This document shows, in pieces, positions 31,021 to 41,225 of a stretch of 64,000 bases of DNA. Position numbers and translations under genes: made by a program. Position 1 is the first letter of the stretch; each line of letters begins with the position of its first letter. The stretch is from contig JBAZBR010000003.1 of assembly GCA_041671325.1 (NCBI GenBank), forward strand, positions 4,506-68,505, given 5' to 3'. The DNA comes from Patescibacteria group bacterium (lineage in GTDB: Bacteria > Patescibacteriota > Patescibacteriia > PEXW01). The notes under the pieces are model-generated. The model was given only the letters and a program-made list of their open reading frames with translations, was not told where the DNA came from and made no database searches.

Positions 31021-32895
31021 ATGGACGTGTACATACAGGGAAAAAGAGTGCGCTTGGACCCGTCCATGTCAATTGGCAAGGGCGGGGAAGCTGACATTTT
31101 CGTCAGCAACAATAAAGCCATAAAAATTTTCAAGTCTGCAACTCATCCGGATTTCACTGGCATGCCAATAGAACAGAGATTGGCTGAAGAAAAGATTTTG
31201 GAACACCAAAAAAAGTTACCAGCTTTCCCGAAAAACCTGCCAGCCAGGGTGATTGCGCCTGAAGACCTGGTTTATGACCGGAACGGGAACAAAATCATTG
31301 GCTACAGCATGAAACTGTTGAGCCAAGCTGAAGTCCTGCTGCGCTATGCCGAGCGCCAATTCCGGCAAGCTGGAATTTCTAATGAAAACATCATCAAGAT
31401 ATTCCAAGACTTGCATCTGACCGTTTCCAAACTGCACAGTGACAGAATAATCATCGGGGATTTTAATGACTTGAATGTCATGGTCAAATCCACCGAAGCT
31501 TATCTGATTGACGCGGACAGTTTCCAGTTCGGCCAATTCTGGTGCAAATTGTTCACGGCCAGGTTTACCGATCCCCTGCTTTGCAACCCCCGAGCCACAA
31601 GTTTGGAATTAACCAATCCGCACAATGCCAATTCAGATTGGTACGCCTATGCGGTCATGCTCATGCAGTGCTTATTGTTTGTGGGGCCTTATGGCGGTAT
31701 TTACAAACCCGCCAAAGCCCAAAACCGTTTGCCGCATGACGCAAGGCCCTTAAAGCGTATAACCATTTTCCATCCGGAAGTGGTTTACCCAAAACCGGCC
31801 ATTCCTTATGGAGTCCTGCCTGATGACTTGCTCCAATTCTTCCACAAAGTTTTCGAGAAAGATCAGCGCGGAGAATTTCCCAATGCATTATTTACTAACA
31901 TGCGTTGGACAACCTGTACGGCTTGCGGCAAGGAACACGCTCGGGCCATTTGTCCGTTCTGTTCCCAAGTTGCACCAGCGGCCATCAAGGAAACCACCGT
32001 GGTCAGAGGCAAGGTTATTGCCACCCGAGTTTTTAAAACTCGCGGCTTGATAGTCTATGCGGCTTACCAGGAAAATAAGCTGCGTTGGTTGGTTCACGAA
32101 AACGGCGAATTCAAAAGAGAAGACGGAACTTTGGTTGCCAAAGAAAATTTGAGCCCGCTTATGCGTTTCCGCATTCAGGGTAACTCAACTTTGATTGGTG
32201 CCAATGGTAAAGTTTTCACTTTTATTCCCGGGAAATCTTCCACTCGCTTGGATGTCGACAGTTTTGGGACTTTGCCAATGTTCGAGGCTAATAGCGAAAA
32301 ACGCTTTTGGCTGAATAACGGCAATCTCATGGCTGACGGCAAACTAGGAGTCGATTATCCGCAAAGTTTGGGTGAGGTTTTGGCCAACCAGACTTTATTC
32401 TGGGCCGGTCCAAAATTCGGCTTTGGTTTTTACCGAGCCGGTAACCTGTGCGTCGCTTTCACCTTTGACAATAACCGTCGTGGTATTAATGACCGGGTTA
32501 AAATCCCAACCCTGCGCGGCCAATTGATTGACGCCACTTGCGTTTTTACGAATGACCGGTGCTGGTTCTTAGTCAGCCTGCAAGAAGCCGGGAAAATCAT
32601 TAACCAATGTTTCCTCATCCGGCCGAATGGCCAAGTGGAAGCTTGGGCTTCTGCTGTTCAAGGTGACGAAACTTGGTTAGGAATTATTCGTGGCAAGTGC
32701 GCGGCGAATAATTTATTGTTTGCCGCCACAGACGAAGGCATTGTTCGAGTGGAACAAAGCGGGAACAGCCTGGTGGAGACCCAGAAATTCCCTGACACTG
32801 AAAGTTTTGTTAACGCCGGAAATTATTTGTTCCCGGGCAAAGAAGGAATTTATGTTGTGGGAGCCCACGACATTAGTCTTTTACGAATTCAATAA
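31021..32895 (+). CDS. Ser/Thr kinase with Zn ribbon and beta-rich C-terminus (TerY-P type)
   Basis: GKGGEA, AIK, IGDFNDLN, IDADS, CTAC...CPFC. Confidence 0.88.
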   Translation: MDVYIQGKRVRLDPSMSIGKGGEADIFVSNNKAIKIFKSATHPDFTGMPIEQRLAEEKILEHQKKLPAFPKNLPARVIAPEDLVYDRNGNKIIGYSMKLLSQAEVLLRYAERQFRQAGISNENIIKIFQDLHLTVSKLHSDRIIIGDFNDLNVMVKSTEAYLIDADSFQFGQFWCKLFTARFTDPLLCNPRATSLELTNPHNANSDWYAYAVMLMQCLLFVGPYGGIYKPAKAQNRLPHDARPLKRITIFHPEVVYPKPAIPYGVLPDDLLQFFHKVFEKDQRGEFPNALFTNMRWTTCTACGKEHARAICPFCSQVAPAAIKETTVVRGKVIATRVFKTRGLIVYAAYQENKLRWLVHENGEFKREDGTLVAKENLSPLMRFRIQGNSTLIGANGKVFTFIPGKSSTRLDVDSFGTLPMFEANSEKRFWLNNGNLMADGKLGVDYPQSLGEVLANQTLFWAGPKFGFGFYRAGNLCVAFTFDNNRRGINDRVKIPTLRGQLIDATCVFTNDRCWFLVSLQEAGKIINQCFLIRPNGQVEAWASAVQGDETWLGIIRGKCAANNLLFAATDEGIVRVEQSGNSLVETQKFPDTESFVNAGNYLFPGKEGIYVVGAHDISLLRIQ

Positions 32896-32933
32896 GAAAC
32901 CGATAAACCAGAAAAAGAAAGATGAGGTAAAAA

Positions 32934-34676
32934 GTGAAAATTCAGGAGTACGCACAGTTGCTGCAAACCCGACAATCTGGAAATGTCCAGGGTTTGTGCG
33001 GTCGGATTATCCGGGGCAAAAAGCCAATAGACTTCTTGACCCTGACTGATGATCCGCATCGGAAGTTGGTCATGCTGATGGGCCCGGATGGTTTGCAAAA
33101 ACTTTTGGGCAAGTCTGGCTATGACATGCTGATCGAAATCGGCTATGAAAAGAATTACATTGTTCGCAAGGTCAAAGACGAGAATTGCCAGTTTAAACTG
33201 GTGGTTTTCGGGGACAATGGGCCGGCCAAACTGGCCACCTGGGATAACACTCTTGAAATTGTTTCAGGAGTGTATCCGGAAATAGCCGCCAAGCTCAAAA
33301 AGCACGCCCGGGCTTTGGCTACTACGCCTTTTGATGAAATCGAAAGGCAAGCTGGTTTTGATTTTTCCGAAGTCGATAAAATCGGGGAAAGCGATCCCCG
33401 CTACCTGATTTTTGAACGGTATAAAAGCAAGGCTGGCAGTCTCATCGACGCCCGAGCTTTCCTGTATTTTACCGTTCATTTGCGCGAACTTTTCAGCGGT
33501 GACGGATATACCTACACCGCGGATGGTAAGCGCGGCATGATGGAATACATTGTGCCGAACCTGCCGATAACTGATCTGGGCGAATCTTTCGTCATAGATC
33601 TAAACATAGAAATTCCACAAATTTTGAAAGGAAACCAGATCATGAAGACCAATCTGCCTCTGCCCAAGCATTTCGACGCCAGCCTCATTGGCGAAGTCCG
33701 TCGGATTGAATACCAGAAACTGGCTGAAGCGGCTCGCGACTACGCCCGCAAGCACGGCTTGAAACCCGCGGCTACGGACAAGTTCAAGATCTGCGTCATA
33801 CCCATTGATTGCATGAACACTTTCTGCATCCCGGGTTTTGAACTTTTTGTCGGCGGCCGTTCAGGCAAGGGCGCGGTGGAAGATAATGAGCGGCTCTGCC
33901 GTTTCATTTATCAGAACCTGGGCTACATTTCCGCCATTGCCCCGACCCTGGACACGCATATAGCCATGCAAATTTTCCATGAAATGTTCTGGGTGAATGA
34001 CCAAGGTGAACATCCCGCACCCATGACTAACATCAGCCTGCGGGACGTGGAAACCGGTATCTGGAAAGTGAACCCGGAAATTGCCGGTAGCATTGCCAAG
34101 GGCAATTACGTTGGTTTGCAGAAACATGTGCTGCACTATTGCCGCAAGCTCAGCGACAACGGCAAATACCTGCTGACCATTTGGCCTTACCACGCCATGC
34201 TCGGCGGTATCGGCCATGCCCTGGTATCCAGTGTGGAAGAAGCGATCTTCTTCCATAACATCGCCCGCCGCAGCCAGACCAATTTTCAGATTAAAGGCGG
34301 CAACCCGCTGACTGAAAATTATTCCATCTTCAAGCCTGAAGTCCTGGATACGGATGGCGGCCAGTCCATTGCCCAGAAGAATTCCAAATTCTTGGCCAAC
34401 CTGCTGGAATTCGACGCGGTGATTATCGCCGGCCAAGCCAAGAGCCATTGCGTGGCTTGGACCATTGATGACCTCTTGACCGAAATCAAGGCCCAGGACG
34501 AATCCCTGGCGAAAAAAGTCTACCTATTGGCAGACTGCACTTCGCCGGTGGTGGTTCCCGGTATCGTGGATTTTACCGACCAAGCCGATGCCGCGTTCCA
34601 GCGCTTTGCCGCAGCGGGCATGCACATTGTCCGTTCCACTGAGCCGATAGACCAGTGGCCTGGCATCAATCTTTAA
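32934..34676 (+). CDS. unknown N-terminal domain fused to an isochorismatase/nicotinamidase-like cysteine hydrolase
   Basis: C-terminal IDCMNTFC, DTH, WPYH, KG, AKSHCV (D-K-C triad). Confidence 0.8.
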   Translation: MKIQEYAQLLQTRQSGNVQGLCGRIIRGKKPIDFLTLTDDPHRKLVMLMGPDGLQKLLGKSGYDMLIEIGYEKNYIVRKVKDENCQFKLVVFGDNGPAKLATWDNTLEIVSGVYPEIAAKLKKHARALATTPFDEIERQAGFDFSEVDKIGESDPRYLIFERYKSKAGSLIDARAFLYFTVHLRELFSGDGYTYTADGKRGMMEYIVPNLPITDLGESFVIDLNIEIPQILKGNQIMKTNLPLPKHFDASLIGEVRRIEYQKLAEAARDYARKHGLKPAATDKFKICVIPIDCMNTFCIPGFELFVGGRSGKGAVEDNERLCRFIYQNLGYISAIAPTLDTHIAMQIFHEMFWVNDQGEHPAPMTNISLRDVETGIWKVNPEIAGSIAKGNYVGLQKHVLHYCRKLSDNGKYLLTIWPYHAMLGGIGHALVSSVEEAIFFHNIARRSQTNFQIKGGNPLTENYSIFKPEVLDTDGGQSIAQKNSKFLANLLEFDAVIIAGQAKSHCVAWTIDDLLTEIKAQDESLAKKVYLLADCTSPVVVPGIVDFTDQADAAFQRFAAAGMHIVRSTEPIDQWPGINL

Positions 34677-34745
34677 AAAAGATTATGCCAGCAAGTTTCA
34701 AAACCCTGTAACCAAAAACGTAAATCAAGCATAAGGAGATATACA

Positions 34746-35531
34746 ATGTCACAAACAAGTGCAAAGCAGCTGATTAAAAACGCTGCGCAAGAAGGTCTGC
34801 TTACGGCCGGAGCCACTAAAGCTCTGAACGTGGTGGACATTGGTGCGGAAATTGAAGCCGCGCTGGGCGTGGACGTCGACAATGTCCAGTCCAGCGAAGT
34901 CATTCTGGTTTCCCAAATGCCGGACGACTCGGATTCCATTCGTTTTGCCGGGAATACCCAGAACGTTCGGGATGGTCACAATGAAGTGATCGAAGCTTTG
35001 CGGGAAACCAAACAGGCCGATAGTATTCTGGCTCACACCCGATACTTGAACGGCTTCATCCTTTTCCCATACCAGCCGATCGCCCAGGCCGTGCTCATGG
35101 ACCAGAACAATTATGATCCGAATATGGGCACGCCCCTGTATGACCAGACCGTTGTCCTCTTGGGAACCGTGTTGGCCAAAGCTCAGGCTTTTGCTGACAA
35201 CGGCGTACCAGTCAGGACCATCACTTTGATCATCAGCGACGGCGCTGACCAAGGTTCGCACCGTTCAACTCCCAAAGACTGCGCCAAGATTGTGGCTGAC
35301 ATGCTGAAAAGCGAAAACCACATTGTCGCGTCCATGGGCATTGATGATGGCTCAACCGATTTCCGGCGAGTGTTCGGGGAAATGGGCATTCCGGATGAAT
35401 GGATTATTACCCCCAAGAATGACAAACATTCCATCCGCCAAGCCTTCCGCATGTTTTCCCAGTCGGCGGTCCGGGCCAGCCAAAGTGCTGCCAATTTCAG
35501 CAAATTGCAAGTCGGCGGCTTTGGTTCCTAA
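34746..35531 (+). CDS. vWA domain protein (TerY-like)
   Basis: MIDAS DDSDS, GTPLYD, ISDGAD. Confidence 0.85.
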   Translation: MSQTSAKQLIKNAAQEGLLTAGATKALNVVDIGAEIEAALGVDVDNVQSSEVILVSQMPDDSDSIRFAGNTQNVRDGHNEVIEALRETKQADSILAHTRYLNGFILFPYQPIAQAVLMDQNNYDPNMGTPLYDQTVVLLGTVLAKAQAFADNGVPVRTITLIISDGADQGSHRSTPKDCAKIVADMLKSENHIVASMGIDDGSTDFRRVFGEMGIPDEWIITPKNDKHSIRQAFRMFSQSAVRASQSAANFSKLQVGGFGS

Positions 35532-35555
35532 ACCAAAATTGCACCTTTAGCCAAG

Positions 35556-35593
35556 GGGAGGGATCTTAAAAAGATTCCTCCCCAAATTTTCTT
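35556..35593 (+). terminator. terminator-like hairpin
   Basis: GGGGAGGGATCTT/AAGATTCCTCCCC. Confidence 0.6.
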
Positions 35594-35752
35594 TTGACCC
35601 TTGACAAAATCAAGATAATAGGTTAAGGTCACAGGCTATTTTTATAGAAATTTGTTCTGGAAAACCCCAAGTTTTCATTAGCAAATTTGTGTAAACAAAC
35701 AGTAAATAAACATTGAATCATTTCTAATTTTTAAAAGGAGAAAATTCAGGTA

Positions 35753-36433
35753 ATGAAGAAAAGCAGTCTGAAAATTGTTGGAGTTATGGCTTTTGCCATG
35801 GTCGTGATTTTATTCATGCAAAGCTACCCCAATTCAAAAACAAACGAAAAGGAGAATAAGACAATGAAATCGGCTTTGATTGTGGTTGACGTGCAAAACG
35901 ACTTTTGTCCGGGAGGCACCTTGGCTGTTCCAAAAGGTGACGAGGTGGTTCCGATAATCAACGACCTGATGGAGACAACGTTAAAAAGTCAGATCGACCT
36001 GGTGGTTTTTTCTCGGGATTATCATCCGGCGGATTGTGACCATTTTAAAAAATGGCCACCCCATTGCATTCAGAACACCAAAGGTGCGGGATTCCATGCC
36101 GGTCTGCGGTTCCCCAAAGGTTCGGTCGTAATTTCCAAAGGCATGGATATTCACGATGATGCCTATTCGGCCTTTGAAGGTTGCACCGACGCCGGTGTGA
36201 GCTTGGAGGAAGGATTGAAAGACTCCAAGATTGAACGGCTGTTTGTTGTGGGATTGGCAACCGACTATTGCGTCAGGTCAACGGTGCTTGATGCTCTGAG
36301 CAAGGGTTTTGAAGTGGTTGTTGTCATTGACGCCTGTCGCGCCGTTAATCTCAGTGCTGGCGACGGCCCAAACGCAATCATGGAAATGTTGGATGCCGGC
36401 GCCTCAATCGTACATATTTCGGCCCTGAATTAA
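35753..36433 (+). CDS. pncA: nicotinamidase (second in-frame start at 35864)
   Basis: VDVQNDFCPGG, DYH, WPPHC, KG..YSAF, GLATDYCV. Confidence 0.93.
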   Translation: MKKSSLKIVGVMAFAMVVILFMQSYPNSKTNEKENKTMKSALIVVDVQNDFCPGGTLAVPKGDEVVPIINDLMETTLKSQIDLVVFSRDYHPADCDHFKKWPPHCIQNTKGAGFHAGLRFPKGSVVISKGMDIHDDAYSAFEGCTDAGVSLEEGLKDSKIERLFVVGLATDYCVRSTVLDALSKGFEVVVVIDACRAVNLSAGDGPNAIMEMLDAGASIVHISALN

Positions 36434-36606
36434 GAACAAAACGGAAGAGTGGTTGGTTGAAATATATCAGCCACTCTCCCCAATTTTTTTAGAGACTTGT
36501 AACGCTCAAACGTTTCAGATCTCTGGCCACAACTTTAGTTGCGACCATGCTCATTTTAAACTTTTGAAAACTAAATACAGTAAACATACACAGAAGGAGA
36601 AACTGA

Positions 36607-37500
36607 ATGACCACCTATGTTCCTGATGGCAAAGTTTACCGGACCCAAGAAGGTACGGTAATTGAAGTCATTGGTGAAACTTATGCCAATGGCTTGCCGG
36701 GTGTTATTTGTTTGAACCCGGAAGCACCGGAAGGAGAGCGAATTTACCGGAAGGTATTTACTACCAAAAGAATCTATCTTCCCGAGGAGTATGGGCTGGC
36801 GGTAAAGGAGCACGTTGAACATCCGGATAATTTTATTATCTCGATGAACGGGTACTCCCGCATCAGCCCAGCCCAATGCCAGCAGTATGGCGTTTTCCCT
36901 GGGGAGTATGAACAGGCTTGTGCCGCCATTATTCGTGAAGCCATTTCCCATCTGCGCCTGAAATTTAAAGGCGCGCAGCTCCGCCTGATTTACGGAGCCT
37001 CGGATCTCGGAGTGGATATGGCTATCGAGAGTGTTGCCCGAGATTTCAATCTTTATCCGCTGGGCTTTTCCTGTCCAAGGTACATGATGTACGTCAAAGA
37101 TGATGACATGCCCGTGTACGTGGCGGTGAATTCCGATGCGTATGCCGACTTGTACATCAAGACTCTGGACTTGCTCATTGCTACAGGTGGACGCGAGCAA
37201 GCTCTGAAGCATGATATCTTGGCTGCCTGCCTTTACGGCAAGCGTATCCACTTTGTGGATGTGCTCGGCTGCCTTTCTCGAAATGGCGGCGTACCCGCAA
37301 CGGTATCTAATGCCGACGGCACCGTACGTGTTGAAAACGCACCTGCCGCATTCGGCCGGTACGTTTCCTTCTTTAGTCGGGATGACGGTGTGCTGCAGAC
37401 CCCGCCAGGTGGTGACAAGTGGGATGCACTTTTCCTGAACATTCAATCGGTTGCGACCGCTGTGTGTCGCAACAAAATGTCACCTGCCCGCATGTTTTAG
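36607..37500 (+). CDS. hypothetical protein, SLOG/LOG-like Rossmannoid fold
   Basis: MNGYS, YGASDLGVD, LLIATGGR motifs. Confidence 0.55.
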   Translation: MTTYVPDGKVYRTQEGTVIEVIGETYANGLPGVICLNPEAPEGERIYRKVFTTKRIYLPEEYGLAVKEHVEHPDNFIISMNGYSRISPAQCQQYGVFPGEYEQACAAIIREAISHLRLKFKGAQLRLIYGASDLGVDMAIESVARDFNLYPLGFSCPRYMMYVKDDDMPVYVAVNSDAYADLYIKTLDLLIATGGREQALKHDILAACLYGKRIHFVDVLGCLSRNGGVPATVSNADGTVRVENAPAAFGRYVSFFSRDDGVLQTPPGGDKWDALFLNIQSVATAVCRNKMSPARMF

Positions 37501-37671
37501 TGAAATACCACTAGGAGTATGGATGAATAATCCCTACTCCTAGTAACCTTTTCTATCAAGAGATATGCAATGATGTTTGAATCATTATATGTCTCTGGCC
37601 ACAACATTAAGTTGCGGCCATGTTCTTTCAAAAACAATTAATGTGAAAATAGAAGAAAGTGAGGCAAAAAA

Positions 37672-39054
37672 ATGCCACGAATAGCGATTTACGGTTTGAG
37701 TGCCAACCCACCGGGTTTGCACCATCGGCGCATTGTCATGAACCTAACGCAACAGTTTGATCGCGTCATTGTGGTCCCATGCGGACCACGGCCGGATAAA
37801 CTGACCACGAATGATATTGCTCCCATCCACCGGGCAGTTATGACCGACCTAACTTTCGGGGATATTCCTAAGGTTACGGTTGATTTGACTGACCTGGAAC
37901 AAGACATATTTACCCGCACCTGGACTTTGCTTGATCGGTACTCTGAGGCTGGTGAATGTTGGTTAGTGGTCGGCAGTGATCTGATCATTGGCGGCGCTAA
38001 TGGTCAGTCAATAATCCAGTTGGAATGGGAACATGGATTGGAAATTTGGCAGAAATCAATAATGGTTGTGCCACGCCATAACTTCCCTTACCAGCCTGAA
38101 GATTTGCCGCCCCAGGTCATGCTTTTACCAGACATCCATGACGGTTCAAGTACGGAAATTCGCGAGAAGGTTTTCAGTCATCAAGCCTTTTATGATTTGG
38201 TCATGCCCGCAGTGGCTGAGTATATCGAACGGCATGGATTGTATCGGGGTATGCAGCCTAATTTTCTTTCACCCGAGACATCAATTGCCAAGCCGCGAGT
38301 ACTATGCGTGATCGATTCGTTGAATCCACGGGCGGGCGAAATTGCCGAGTGGCTTACACCAGTGTGTGTGGAAGATCTGCCCAACTGCATTGTGGCAGTC
38401 GGCGGTGACGGTTTTATGCTGCAGGTCATCCGTGAACACTGGCGAAAACGTTTGCCCATCATTGGGTTGAACGCTGGCCATCGTGGTTTTCTGCTCAATG
38501 AATTTCCAGCCGGTACTAATGTCCATAGTTTCTTCCGGAAGTTAACTATTCTACAGTCGCCCTTACTATATGTAACCGCGGTCCTCTCGAATGGTTCAAC
38601 GATTTCGCAGCTGGCATTTAATGATGCCTGGTTGCGTTCAATCAACGGTGGTCAAGCTGCTTGGCTGGAAGTAACGGTCGATGACGAGGTGAGATTACCG
38701 AAGTTAGTGGGTGACGGTGCCTTGATCGCGACTGCTGGCGGCTCCACGAGTTATGCTCGGGCATTAGGCGTAAAACCTATGCCTGTCGGAACGCAGCAGA
38801 TAATCTTGGCTGGGATGAACGTCTTTGAACCGTTTGGCTGGGGACCGGTCCATTTGGGACTTAGCCAGCGCGTCCAACTTCGTTCATTGGATTCAGAAAA
38901 ACGGGGCGTGGAAGGATTTGTTGACGGCATACCTCTAGGTCGTGTTATTAGCCTGGATGTGCGCGTCAGCCGTATTGCCGCAGCTGAACTGGCATTTTTG
39001 CCAGGCAATGATCCGCAGCGGAAAATCCTCGCTCTTCAGTTTCCCGAACATTAA
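37672..39054 (+). CDS. NadD (NaMN adenylyltransferase)-NAD kinase fusion
   Basis: GLSANPPGLHH and SSTEIRE, then GGDG, ND, GDG...TAGGSTSY. Confidence 0.9.
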   Translation: MPRIAIYGLSANPPGLHHRRIVMNLTQQFDRVIVVPCGPRPDKLTTNDIAPIHRAVMTDLTFGDIPKVTVDLTDLEQDIFTRTWTLLDRYSEAGECWLVVGSDLIIGGANGQSIIQLEWEHGLEIWQKSIMVVPRHNFPYQPEDLPPQVMLLPDIHDGSSTEIREKVFSHQAFYDLVMPAVAEYIERHGLYRGMQPNFLSPETSIAKPRVLCVIDSLNPRAGEIAEWLTPVCVEDLPNCIVAVGGDGFMLQVIREHWRKRLPIIGLNAGHRGFLLNEFPAGTNVHSFFRKLTILQSPLLYVTAVLSNGSTISQLAFNDAWLRSINGGQAAWLEVTVDDEVRLPKLVGDGALIATAGGSTSYARALGVKPMPVGTQQIILAGMNVFEPFGWGPVHLGLSQRVQLRSLDSEKRGVEGFVDGIPLGRVISLDVRVSRIAAAELAFLPGNDPQRKILALQFPEH

Positions 39055-39226
39055 TTTTTTAAAGGGGTGGAGCGTGCTGTTTACAGCTCGCTCCACCACC
39101 TAAATTATTTTAAAGCCTTGTCCCGAAATATTTCGGCACAGTGCTTTCACCCGAAAAATATTTTCGAGTGATGCTCATTTACAAAATGCAAGTAATAAAA
39201 CGTTTAGAATAAACAGGAGATTTTTT

Positions 39227-39787
39227 ATGAGACAGAAAGGTAGACCGGTAATCGCAAAAGAGCCTTTTACCGCTAAGACCATTACTACTGATGGTGGTCG
39301 CATTCGGAAGGTCTTTCAGACATCCGATTCAGCGAACGTCCTGATATACATTGCGGATAAAGATCAGATTCTTTTGGTCCGCCAGCAGCGTGAAGCTATG
39401 GCACGCGTCGGTAATCCAAAAGGTTGGATTATTGAAAGCGTTGCCGGTCGTTTCGATCGGAAAGAATCTGTGCGTCGACTTCTTGCACGCGAAGCAAGTG
39501 AAGAAGTTGGCGGTACAATTCGTCCCAAGGATATTGTGCTCCTTAATAATGGTGCACCACTGGCGCTTTCGGCTGGTTGTCTGGTGGAAAAGGCATGGCT
39601 CGGTTATATCGCAATCACCAGTGACCAGCTGGAAAAGACTGATCGCCAGTATGGCTTGAAAGAAGAAGGCGAGAGCATTACCCGCGTCTTCTTGCCAGTT
39701 AGTGGGCTGGAGAACTTTACGTGCGAGGACGTCCGCGTTTTCGCGCTCCTCCAGTGGTTCTTACGGAAAATAATAGGCAAAAGATAA
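39227..39787 (+). CDS. Nudix hydrolase, ADP-ribose pyrophosphatase-like
   Basis: LVRQQR, AG...REASEEVG, SAG, EEGESI. Confidence 0.85.
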   Translation: MRQKGRPVIAKEPFTAKTITTDGGRIRKVFQTSDSANVLIYIADKDQILLVRQQREAMARVGNPKGWIIESVAGRFDRKESVRRLLAREASEEVGGTIRPKDIVLLNNGAPLALSAGCLVEKAWLGYIAITSDQLEKTDRQYGLKEEGESITRVFLPVSGLENFTCEDVRVFALLQWFLRKIIGKR

Positions 39788-39802
39788 AGAAAGGAGGAAG
39801 CC

Positions 39803-41065
39803 GTGAGCTTCCAAAGGATATGGCGAGGAAGTGGCGAGCCAATCATTACCTCGCTACTCGACGTGGACTTCTACAAGTTCACCATGGGAAACTTCATCTA
39901 CCGATTTTATCGGGACGTGATTGTCGCCTTCGGCATGAAGAACCGGACTTCAGGTGTCCGCCTGGCCGACTTCATTAATGAGCAAGAGCTCCGGGCCGAG
40001 CTTGATCATATCCGCACGCTCCGTTTCACTCAGAGTGAGATCTACTACTTGCGTGGAATGGACGTCTATGGGAAGAATATGTTTTCGGAAGAGTACCTTG
40101 AGTATCTTAAGACGGTTCAGTTGCCGCCATATGATCTTAAGGTAGTCGATGGACAATTCGACCTGAAATTCACTGGCCCGTGGGCTGCGGTTTCCCTTTG
40201 GGAAACGATTGCTCTGTGTATCGTCAACGAGCTGTACTATCGTGCTCTACTCCGTGACTTAAGTCGATTTGACCGTCAGGCGATTTATGCTAATGGCACT
40301 CGTCGTCTGCACGACAAGATTGAAATTCTGAAACAGCATTTGCGCATCACTTTTATCGAGTTTGGTACGCGCCGCCGTTTTGGCCGGGTTTGGCAGAGCG
40401 ACGCTACTTGCGCCATGGCTGAGGAACTTCCGCCATCGCAATTCCGCGGCACGTCGAACACATATCTTGCGTTTAAGTACGGCCTAACCCCTGGGGGCAC
40501 CAATGCGCACGAGCTACAGATGGTGGTTGCCGCGTTAGCGAACTCGGATGCTGAACTTCTCGCTTCTACCGGTATCGTGCTTGATCAGTGGTTTAATATG
40601 TATGGACCAGGCCTTTCAATTGCGTTGCCCGACACTTTTGGATCCGAATTCTTCTTCAAAGTTTTTGGCGAAGAAAGGGCACGGAAGTGGAAAGGTACAC
40701 GCGAAGACTCTGCCGATCCCCTGACTGCTGGTGAAGAACGAATTCAGTACTATCGCAATTTCGGTATTGACCCGATGACGAAGCTCTGGTTGCCAAGTGA
40801 CGGGCTTGATCTTGGCAAAATCCTGAAGATCGACGAGTTGTATGGTGATCGCATAATCATCTCTTATGGCTGGGGCACGACGCTCACGAATGATTTGGGT
40901 TTGCCGACCTTATCGCTCGTGGCCAAAGCGATTGCCGCCAATGGCCGAGGGACCGTGAAGCTCTCTGATAACCTTCAGAAAGCTATGGGTCCGGCTGATC
41001 AAGTCGAACGATACAAACGCGTATTCGGGTATACCAATGCTCGAAGCGAAGTTTGTAAAGTCTGA
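39803..41065 (+). CDS. pncB: nicotinate phosphoribosyltransferase
   Basis: DFYKFTM, EFGTRRR, GTSN, GTNAHE, SDGL, KLSDN. Confidence 0.95.
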   Translation: MSFQRIWRGSGEPIITSLLDVDFYKFTMGNFIYRFYRDVIVAFGMKNRTSGVRLADFINEQELRAELDHIRTLRFTQSEIYYLRGMDVYGKNMFSEEYLEYLKTVQLPPYDLKVVDGQFDLKFTGPWAAVSLWETIALCIVNELYYRALLRDLSRFDRQAIYANGTRRLHDKIEILKQHLRITFIEFGTRRRFGRVWQSDATCAMAEELPPSQFRGTSNTYLAFKYGLTPGGTNAHELQMVVAALANSDAELLASTGIVLDQWFNMYGPGLSIALPDTFGSEFFFKVFGEERARKWKGTREDSADPLTAGEERIQYYRNFGIDPMTKLWLPSDGLDLGKILKIDELYGDRIIISYGWGTTLTNDLGLPTLSLVAKAIAANGRGTVKLSDNLQKAMGPADQVERYKRVFGYTNARSEVCKV

Positions 41066-41225
41066 GCAATACTTGCATATAGGTGGTGAGGCCGGTCAAT
41101 TGACTAGCCTCACCCCTTTTCTCAAGTTATCAAATTAAAAATTGATAGTTTAAGAAAAAGTTCATTACAATTTTACAAATACGCATCTCCTAAATTTTGG
41201 GATGTTAGAAAGCGAGGATGCAACA

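Noticed and set aside
35685-35706. Third NrtR box before pncA
   Set aside because: TTGTGT-AAACAA-ACAGTAA has N6 spacing and a weak right half
36571-37446. 291-aa minus-strand ORF and other long antisense ORFs (e.g. 2681-3517, 3821-4480, 33861-34448, 53429-54058)
   Set aside because: Shadows of plus-strand genes that have SD sites, motifs and operon context
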